From Bacillota bacterium (GTDB taxonomy: Bacteria; Bacillota; Desulfitobacteriia; Desulfitobacteriales; JAJXUE01), in assembly GCA_021783135.1 (NCBI GenBank), contig JAJXUE010000010.1:4115-68114 (forward strand): a stretch of DNA of 64,000 nt. The letters run 5' to 3'. Both the position numbers and the translations under genes were made by a program. This document shows positions 28,771-35,303 of this stretch, piece after piece; position 1 is the first letter of the stretch, and each line of letters starts with the position of its first letter. Below the pieces are notes generated by a model, which saw nothing but the letters and a program-made list of their open reading frames with translations, ran no database searches and was not told where the DNA came from.

Positions 28771-29553
28771 GTGTTTGTAGACTTGCATACTCATCCACAG
28801 GCGCATGGTGAACAAAAGTTCACCATAGAGAATTTGGCACAATTCGTCCGCACGGCTGGAGAACGGGGGGTAAGCGAATTAGGTTTTAGCGATCACGACC
28901 TCTATCGGGCAGATATTAAGCCTGAACTCGTGCGCCAGTTGCAGACGGAGTATCCTAACATTAAGCTGCGTCTCGGTCTGGAAGTCGATTACCGGCCAGG
29001 GACAAAGTGGCAGGATGTTGTGGGTACATACCCTTATGATTACCTCATAGGTTCCGTGCATGAAATTGAAAATTGGCCGTTTGACCATCCCGACTATAGC
29101 GATGGATACAGTCGCTGGCAGGGGGATGATCTCTACCAAGCCTATTTTCAATTAATATGTGAGGCTGCAGGCTCCGGCCTGTTTCAAATCATGGGGCATC
29201 TTGATGTAATTAGAGTATTTAACTTTGCCTGCCAAAGGCCGCTGGCGGAATTGGCGCGGCCTGCGTTGGAATGTATCAGGGAGGCAGGTCTGGCGATAGA
29301 GCTGAACACGAATGGTAAATATAAACCGGTGCAAGACTTTTATCCCAGCTATGCCATTTTACAGTCTGCCTGTCAACTGGGTATACCGGTAACACTGGGC
29401 TCTGATGCGCACGCACCGGAGCACGTGGCCCGCGACTTTGTCCAGGCTGTCCAGCTGCTGCAAGCCGTCGGGTATAAATCTATAGTCAGCTTTGAACAGA
29501 AGGAACGCCTGGAATACTCGCTTGAAGCTATCACCAGGGGTGAATTGCGTTAA
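28771..29553 (+). CDS. PHP-domain phosphoesterase, HisJ (histidinol-phosphatase)-family
   Basis: N-terminal DLHTHPQAH, later GSVHE and GSDAH metal-ligand motifs. GTG start after AGAGGGGGA. Confidence 0.8.
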   Translation: MFVDLHTHPQAHGEQKFTIENLAQFVRTAGERGVSELGFSDHDLYRADIKPELVRQLQTEYPNIKLRLGLEVDYRPGTKWQDVVGTYPYDYLIGSVHEIENWPFDHPDYSDGYSRWQGDDLYQAYFQLICEAAGSGLFQIMGHLDVIRVFNFACQRPLAELARPALECIREAGLAIELNTNGKYKPVQDFYPSYAILQSACQLGIPVTLGSDAHAPEHVARDFVQAVQLLQAVGYKSIVSFEQKERLEYSLEAITRGELR

Positions 29554-29573
29554 AACTTTTTTTTAGCTATAAT
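29545..29573 (+). promoter_or_regulatory. candidate sigma-A promoter for the ylbF-like gene
   Basis: TTGCGT, 17 nt spacer, TATAAT, overlapping the 3' end of the PHP gene. Confidence 0.4.
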
Positions 29574-29619
29574 TACTACTATACAAGAAACCATACAGAA
29601 AGCTTAGGGGGAGGTAAAC

Positions 29620-29973
29620 ATGACGGCATACGATCTGGCCCATGCGCTGGCGAAGGAGCTCAGTACGGGTGAAGAATATCAAGCTTTTGCAGCCGCGAAA
29701 GCGAAGGTTAAACAGGATGATGCAAATACTAAAATGCTGGCGGATTTTCAGATTAAGCAATTTGAAGCCCAACAGTATCAACTTATGGGCCAAGAAATCT
29801 CGCGCGAAAAACAACAGGAATTAGAGCGCCTGTACAGCTTGCTCAGCCTTAATCCTACGATTAAGGAGTACTTAGAGACAGAATTTCGCTTTAATCGGTT
29901 GATAACTGACGTACAGAAAATTCTATCTGAGGCTGTTCCCGAGGCCATTCCCATCATGCTGGAAGACAAGTAA
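29620..29973 (+). CDS. YlbF/YmcA-family regulatory protein
   Basis: 117 aa helical protein. The pattern YQAFAAAKAKVKQDDANTKMLADFQIKQFE...NPTIKEYLETEFRFNRLITDVQKIL resembles the UPF0342/YlbF family. Confidence 0.7.
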   Translation: MTAYDLAHALAKELSTGEEYQAFAAAKAKVKQDDANTKMLADFQIKQFEAQQYQLMGQEISREKQQELERLYSLLSLNPTIKEYLETEFRFNRLITDVQKILSEAVPEAIPIMLEDK

Positions 29974-29997
29974 AGCAGTTAGTTTATGGATAGCTCC

Positions 29998-30045
29998 GGT
30001 TGTACCATGGAAAACACGCATCTGTGGTACAACCTTTTTAATTTT
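29998..30045 (+). terminator. intrinsic terminator
   Basis: GGTTGTACCA / TGGTACAACC stem followed by TTTTTAATTTT. Confidence 0.7.
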
Positions 30046-30102
30046 GGCAGTGCTGCTTGAAGCATCATAACCCTTTGCAAAGCATTTTGGAGGAAACTAA
30101 GC

Positions 30103-31230
30103 ATGAAAATTGGCATGGTCTGCTATCCTTCCTATGGTGGCAGTGGAGTAGTGGCAAGTGAATTAGGCAAACAATTGGCCCGGCGCGGGCATGAAGTGCA
30201 TTTTATCACCTATGAACTCCCGTTTAAGCTCAATAAGTTTTATGAAAACATCTACTTCCACGAAGTTGAAGAATTCCAGTACCCAGTTTTTAAATATAAT
30301 CCGTATACACTGGCGCTAGCCAACAAAATCGTTTCAGTTACGCGGCACTTCAATCTTGATGTTGTCCATGTGCATTATGCCGTACCCCATAGTATCAGCG
30401 CTTATTTGGCTAAACAAATGCTCAAGGAACGCAATTTACCGGTACTTACCACTTTACATGGAACTGATATTACTTTAGTCGGTGCACAGGAAGAGTTTTA
30501 TGAGATTACTCGCTTGGGCATTGAAGTTAGCGACGGGGTAACCGCAGTTTCTCAGTCCCTAGCGCGCGAGACCCGCAAGATGTTTGGTATTGAACAGGAA
30601 ATCAACACTGTCTATAACTTTATCGACAAGGATGAGTATAAAAGACTCCCTTTGAGCGGGTTGCGCAGCAGAATCGCGCGTCCGGAGGAAAAAATAGTGA
30701 TGCATATTTCCAATTTCCGACCTGTCAAGCGTATTTGCGACGTGCTCAAAAGCTTTGAACTTATTCAAAGACAAGTTCCTGCTAAATTACTCCTCGTGGG
30801 CGATGGACCGGAGGCAGGGGTAATGGAAAAGTATGCGGACAAACTAGGTCTGAACGACAAAATTATGTTTTTGGGTAAGCAGGAAAGTGTAGTAGAGTTA
30901 CTCAGTTTGGCCGATCTCTTCGTACTCCCTTCGGAAAAGGAAAGTTTTGGTTTGGTTGCCTTGGAAGCAATGGCGTGCGAGGTGCCGGTAATCGCCAGCA
31001 ATGTGGGCGGACTCCCGGAAGTGGTCAAAGATGGAGAGGTCGGGTATTTGGCCGAGGTCGGTGATGTCGCAACGATTGCGGCTAAAGCCATTACGCTGTT
31101 ACAAGACGAAGCGTTACGACTGCAAATGGCACAAGCTGCCCGGAAATTGGCAATAGAAAAGTTTAATGTTGAGTTGATCGTACCGGAATATGAACAGCTT
31201 TATCTGAAAGTTATGAAAATGGTGAGTTAA
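30103..31230 (+). CDS. bshA: N-acetyl-alpha-D-glucosaminyl L-malate synthase BshA (GT4)
   Basis: N-terminus MKIGMVCYPSYGGSGVVASELGKQLARRGHEVHFI and a GT4 C-terminal ESFGLVALEAMACEVPVIAS motif. Confidence 0.85.
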   Translation: MKIGMVCYPSYGGSGVVASELGKQLARRGHEVHFITYELPFKLNKFYENIYFHEVEEFQYPVFKYNPYTLALANKIVSVTRHFNLDVVHVHYAVPHSISAYLAKQMLKERNLPVLTTLHGTDITLVGAQEEFYEITRLGIEVSDGVTAVSQSLARETRKMFGIEQEINTVYNFIDKDEYKRLPLSGLRSRIARPEEKIVMHISNFRPVKRICDVLKSFELIQRQVPAKLLLVGDGPEAGVMEKYADKLGLNDKIMFLGKQESVVELLSLADLFVLPSEKESFGLVALEAMACEVPVIASNVGGLPEVVKDGEVGYLAEVGDVATIAAKAITLLQDEALRLQMAQAARKLAIEKFNVELIVPEYEQLYLKVMKMVS

Positions 31231-31302
31231 ATCATAGTACACTGATGTTTGTGGTGATAAACTAGGTTCAAAATGGATGCGAACTGAGGAGGATGACCCA
31301 AG

Positions 31303-32208
31303 ATGGATGTAAATCTGGATACTTTGGCCCGGTCGTTTGCAGCTGAGGGTTACGTTACTACGGAAGACGATCAAATATTGATGACTGTCTACCTAGCACT
31401 AAAGCTGGGTAAGCCACTTTTGGTAACCGGTGCGCCGGGAGTAGGCAAGACGGAGATTGCCAAGGTCTTAAGTAAGGCTTTTAAGGCTGACTTAATTCGC
31501 TTGCAATGTTACGAAGGATTGGATGAGCATAAGGCGCTCTACGAATGGAATTATCAACGCCAGCTTCTGCGGATTCAAATGATGAAAGATACTGATGGTT
31601 TGTCAGAACATGATCTGTTTTCAGATGAATATTTGCTGGCGCGGCCTTTACTGCGCGCGATTCAAAATACTGAACCAACTGTACTGCTGATTGACGAGAT
31701 CGATAAAACGGACGAAGAATTCGAGGCCTTTCTGTTTGAAGTGTTGAGTGATTTTCAAGTGTCTATCCCTGAATTAGGAACTTTGGTGGCCCATCAAATA
31801 CCGATGGTGGTTCTGACCTCCAATGGTGACAGGGAACTCTCAGATGGGCTTAAACGGCGCTGCATTTTTCTCTATGTTGATTTACCTTCGGTGGACAAGG
31901 AATATAAAATTATTCGCAGTAAGGTGCCTCAGGCCGGTGAGCGTTTAAGCCGACAGGTGGCGCAAGCTGTCACGACCCTGCGCGCCAAGCTTGAATTGCG
32001 CAAATCCCCCTCCATCGCGGAGACCCTGGATTGGGTCAGAGGCATGGTAGCCTTAGATGCAGAACGTCTGACACCTGAACTGATAGGCAAGACCTTAAAT
32101 CTATTGCTGAAGACCAAAGAGGACTTGGATACCTATAACCAAGGGCTGGGGAATATAGCTTTGGTGGATCAGGTACTGGCTTGGGAACAGAAAAACACCG
32201 GGAGGTAA
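31303..32208 (+). CDS. MoxR-family AAA+ ATPase (CoxD-like)
   Basis: Walker A GAPGVGKT and Walker B LLIDEIDK. About 300 aa, as for MoxR. Confidence 0.85.
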   Translation: MDVNLDTLARSFAAEGYVTTEDDQILMTVYLALKLGKPLLVTGAPGVGKTEIAKVLSKAFKADLIRLQCYEGLDEHKALYEWNYQRQLLRIQMMKDTDGLSEHDLFSDEYLLARPLLRAIQNTEPTVLLIDEIDKTDEEFEAFLFEVLSDFQVSIPELGTLVAHQIPMVVLTSNGDRELSDGLKRRCIFLYVDLPSVDKEYKIIRSKVPQAGERLSRQVAQAVTTLRAKLELRKSPSIAETLDWVRGMVALDAERLTPELIGKTLNLLLKTKEDLDTYNQGLGNIALVDQVLAWEQKNTGR

Positions 32209-32212
32209 GGCC

Positions 32213-33553
32213 ATGGAACAGCTGGATTATCGTTTGGTTAATTTCGTACAGCTGTTAAGGGTTTTAGGTATTAGGATTAGTGTGTCGGAGACCCTCGATA
32301 CTGTAGCCGGGTTAACTTATGCTGATTTAAGCAACAAAGCGCAAGTGAAAGCTGTATTGCGGGCGACTTTACTCAAAAACATGGACCAACTGCCTCTATT
32401 TGAGGAAGCGTTTGCCGCCTTTTTCGCCACCCCGGAAGTAAAGGCACGCCTACAGCAGCAGCGGCAGGAATTGTCGCAAGCTCAGGCGGAGGAGCTGGCC
32501 AAAGCTGCCAGCGAATTAAATTTTCAGGGTGAATCCCTGGAACTTACTGTCGAACAAAAACAGTTATACAACAAAATACCGGAAGAAGGTAAACAACGCA
32601 TCCAGGACTTTTTGCAACGCAGTTCCGACGGGCATCGCTATGGTGATAAACTTGATGTCAATTTCAAGCCAATTGTGGAAAATCTGGTAAGCGGACATTT
32701 AGATTATTGGAAGCGGGTATTGGGGGAAGAGCTCCCTTTGTTTGACGTTGTTCCGACGGGAGACGATGCTGTAGATGAAGTGGTGCAGGACGTCGCTGCT
32801 AGCCTGCGCGACCACCACGCCAATTACTTGTACGAGGATTTAAAGAACATTCAGGATAAAGATCTGCCTAAGGTTAACTATTTAATTCGGCGCTTGTCGA
32901 AGCGCTTGGCAAGCCGAATTTCGCGCCGCTATCAAAAGTCAAAGCGCTTGGACCAACTTGATTTACGGCGCACTATCCGTAACAGTCTAAGTTACGGGGG
33001 GAGCTTGGTGGAGTTAAAGTATCGCGCACGGCCGAAAAAGAAGCCTCGCTTTTTGCTTTTGTGCGATGTTTCGGGGTCCATGGCACGCTATGCCAGCTTT
33101 GTACTCCAATTCACGTATGGGTTATCCAGCGTGTTGAAAGGCATTGAGAGCTTTGTCTTTGCTGAGGATTTGGAACAGGTGACACAGGACTTTGCCCAGG
33201 GACTCGATTTTGAGGCCACTATGGTGCGGGTAATGAATAACAGCCAAGGCTGGGGCGGTGGTACCAACCTGGCTAAGTCACTCGACACCTTACACCAAAA
33301 ATATCCAGAGACTGTGGGCAAGGATACCGTCATTATCATTCTGAGTGATACCAAGACCTTAGAGGCCAGAAGGGCAGCACACCTGCTTAAGGGTCTTGGT
33401 GAGAGAGTTAAGCAGATTGTCTGGCTTAATACCTTACCGCAAAAAACATGGTCGCAGCATAAGGGGGTTGGCGAGTTTCGGCGGGTATGCTCAATGTTTG
33501 AGTGCTATACTCTAAAACAGCTGGAAAAAATAATGGCCTCGCAATTGCATTAA
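32213..33553 (+). CDS. VWA-domain protein (CoxE-like partner of MoxR)
   Basis: C-terminal VWA domain with the MIDAS-like motif LLLCDVSGSM. It follows the MoxR gene with a 4 nt gap. Confidence 0.8.
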   Translation: MEQLDYRLVNFVQLLRVLGIRISVSETLDTVAGLTYADLSNKAQVKAVLRATLLKNMDQLPLFEEAFAAFFATPEVKARLQQQRQELSQAQAEELAKAASELNFQGESLELTVEQKQLYNKIPEEGKQRIQDFLQRSSDGHRYGDKLDVNFKPIVENLVSGHLDYWKRVLGEELPLFDVVPTGDDAVDEVVQDVAASLRDHHANYLYEDLKNIQDKDLPKVNYLIRRLSKRLASRISRRYQKSKRLDQLDLRRTIRNSLSYGGSLVELKYRARPKKKPRFLLLCDVSGSMARYASFVLQFTYGLSSVLKGIESFVFAEDLEQVTQDFAQGLDFEATMVRVMNNSQGWGGGTNLAKSLDTLHQKYPETVGKDTVIIILSDTKTLEARRAAHLLKGLGERVKQIVWLNTLPQKTWSQHKGVGEFRRVCSMFECYTLKQLEKIMASQLH

Positions 33554-33637
33554 TGCGTATAATATCCATGCTATCTACCCATACTTCTAATTGGAAGTTG
33601 CTCTTGTTCTATTTAGTACAAGCAGGGGGGGATAGTA

Positions 33638-33796
33638 TTGCTTGAGAAGTGCCGGAGCTGCGGTTTCGAGCATGAAGATTTGGCACATGTATTTTACCAA
33701 CGCAATCATGTTGCCAATAAGATTTTGCCGTTTTGCAGCAAGTGTTCGCGCCGTTTGTATAATGTAGCTTATCGACCACAAGGTTCAGATTTTTAG
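33638..33796 (+). CDS. possible 52-aa zinc-ribbon protein (unknown function)
   Basis: Below the track cutoff. TTG start lies 6-7 nt after GGGGGGGA. Hand translation: (M)LEKCRSCGFEHEDLAHVFYQRNHVANKILPFCSKCSRRLYNVAYRPQGSDF, with two CxxC pairs. Confidence 0.3.
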   Translation: MLEKCRSCGFEHEDLAHVFYQRNHVANKILPFCSKCSRRLYNVAYRPQGSDF

Positions 33797-33812
33797 AAAA
33801 TTTTTGTTGTAA

Positions 33813-34043
<231 letters not shown>

Positions 34044-34061
34044 TGTTCACTCTTTCACAAA

Positions 34062-34092
34062 AAGGAGGTCTTTAGACCTCTTTTTTATTTTG
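34062..34092 (+). terminator. intrinsic terminator after the ferredoxin gene
   Basis: GAGGTC-TTTA-GACCTC followed by TTTTTTATTTT. Confidence 0.7.
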
Positions 34093-34097
34093 GCGTA

Positions 34098-34126
34098 TTG
34101 ACAAGTTCACAGTATGCTTTACACTT
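34098..34126 (+). promoter_or_regulatory. candidate sigma-A promoter for the fur-family gene
   Basis: TTGACA, 16-17 nt spacer, TACACT. A TTAAT..12..ATTAA inverted repeat lies just downstream. Confidence 0.35.
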
Positions 34127-34179
34127 AATGTAAAAACAGTAATTAAACGACATGAGTATGTGCTTAAGGGGGTGGGAAA

Positions 34180-34599
34180 ATGGACGTAACGCAAGAGACA
34201 TTGTACTTGCTGAAGGAAAAGGGAATACGGGTTACACCGCAGCGTCAAGCAATTCTAGAGTACCTTAAGCATGTAGATACCCACCCGAATGCCGAAGAAA
34301 TTTATGCGCATATTCGCACTAAATTTGCCGGTATCAGCTTAGGAACTATTTATAATAGTTTAAATATGCTGTGTGATAAAGGGTTGATCCAAGAACTTGC
34401 CTATGGGGATACCTTTAGCAGATTTGACGGTAATCCTATGCCGCATGATCATATTGTATGCGATGTTTGCCGCAAAGTTGTGGATTACCACGGACCGCTG
34501 TTAGATAACTTGCTGGACTTGGCCCAGCAGGAGTCGGGCTTTGCCATCAAAGGATATCGTTTGGAGCTGCATGGGGTTTGCCCTGCTTGTCAAAACTAG
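34180..34599 (+). CDS. Fur-family metalloregulator (PerR/Zur-like)
   Basis: wHTH RVTPQRQAILEYL, an HDH motif, and two CxxC pairs (CDVC, CPAC). Confidence 0.9.
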   Translation: MDVTQETLYLLKEKGIRVTPQRQAILEYLKHVDTHPNAEEIYAHIRTKFAGISLGTIYNSLNMLCDKGLIQELAYGDTFSRFDGNPMPHDHIVCDVCRKVVDYHGPLLDNLLDLAQQESGFAIKGYRLELHGVCPACQN

Positions 34600-34632
34600 C
34601 TGTGCTAGTAAAATACTCGCAATTGAGAATGT

Positions 34633-34660
34633 CCCTGTTGCTTGCAACAGGGTTTTTTTG
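34633..34660 (+). terminator. intrinsic terminator after the fur-family gene
   Basis: CCCTGTTGC-TT-GCAACAGGG followed by T7. Confidence 0.85.
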
Positions 34661-34718
34661 TACTAGCCTGAAACTAGCTTCGGGTCGCTGGGGTCGAGTT
34701 TATTTTCTGCTTCGTTTT

Positions 34719-34911
34719 GCAAACTGCATCGCCGAGCATACTATTCGGTTCGCTACCTCACTGCCGCAAACGTAGCCATAAATTGGGCGCGAGCATTAGT
34801 GCTCTCGTTCGGGCGCTCACCGAGTATGCTAACGGCGCTTCCGTAATGCTTCTCTGCGCAGAAAGTAAACTCACCCGTGAGGTAAGTGGCCTTTGTTGCG
34901 TTTTTTGGGTC
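34719..34911 (+). repeat. copy 1 of a tandem ~193-nt element (probable structured RNA or MITE-like unit)
   Basis: Hand alignment with 34912.. at a 193 nt offset. The core 34719-34877 differs from 34912-35070 at 11 positions with no indels. Confidence 0.9.
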
Positions 34912-35098
34912 GCAAACTGCATCGCCGAGCATACTTATCGGCTCGCTGCCTCACTTCCGCGAACGTAGCCATAAATGGGGCGCGAGCATACGTGCTCTCG
35001 TTCGGGCGCTTGCCGAGTATGCTAACGGCGCTTCCGTAATGCTTCTCTGCGCAGAAAGTAAACTCACCCTTTAGCTAAGCGACCTTTGATTCATTTTC
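34912..35098 (+). repeat. copy 2 of the tandem ~193-nt element
   Basis: See copy 1. The tail (35071-35098) is more diverged but still alignable (TAAG..CCTTTG..TTTT). Confidence 0.9.
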
Positions 35099-35253
35099 CA
35101 GTGGTGCTGCAAAGCGGCCTGGGGGTCTAGCTGTGCTTTGCTTGTTTACGTGATCACTTGGCTAGAGAGAAAAAGTTATGAGATTTCTCTTATGAGCTTT
35201 TGGTAGGCAGGGTTTTGTCGCAATATATCGAATCTTAATCGTTAAGTAAACTT

Positions 35254-35288
35254 AGAGGGCGGCAAACTGGGTGCCGCTCTCTTTTAAT
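35254..35288 (+). terminator. terminator-like hairpin 20 nt upstream of the start codon of the next gene (possible attenuator)
   Basis: 11 bp stem AGAGGGCGGCA / TGCCGCTCTCT (one G-U pair), 7 nt loop, then TTTAAT. Confidence 0.45.
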
Positions 35289-35303
35289 CATAGGGGTTTT
35301 AAT

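Noticed and set aside
33587-33781. 64-aa minus-strand track ORF between the VWA gene and the ferredoxin gene.
   Set aside because: It has no SD and an odd composition. It overlaps the better-supported (though still tentative) plus-strand zinc-ribbon ORF.
34681-34757. GGGTCGC (ZTP/pfl-like start) and GGTTCGCTACC (tRNA T-arm-like) strings.
   Set aside because: - No ACTGGCG or CCGCCTGGGC ZTP sub-domains are present.
- No acceptor, D or anticodon arms could be drawn around the T-arm-like string.
- Both are treated as chance resemblance.
34578-35074. Three overlapping plus-strand track ORFs (65, 83 and 62 aa) running through the tandem repeats.
   Set aside because: - They start inside or just after the fur terminator or at non-ATG codons with no convincing SD.
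- The first two read different frames of the same repeat.
- They exist only because the repeat lacks stop codons.
- This is not fully excluded: 5 of the 11 inter-copy differences are synonymous in one frame, so the coding alternative is kept in the finding.
34719-35098. Could the two repeats be a CRISPR array, or a DGR template/variable repeat pair?
   Set aside because: - The period is 193 nt with no short repeat/spacer organisation.
- The differences are not adenine-specific; only 5 of 11 involve A in copy 1.
- Neither copy lies in a coding 3' end.
- No reverse transcriptase or cas gene is in the window.
35171-35200. 5-codon micro-ORF (ATG AGA TTT CTC TTA TGA) with an AGAGAAA/TTTCTCT hairpin; considered as a leader peptide.
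   Set aside because: It has no real SD, the stem is AU-rich, and the peptide has no regulatory-codon bias. This is not distinguishable from chance.
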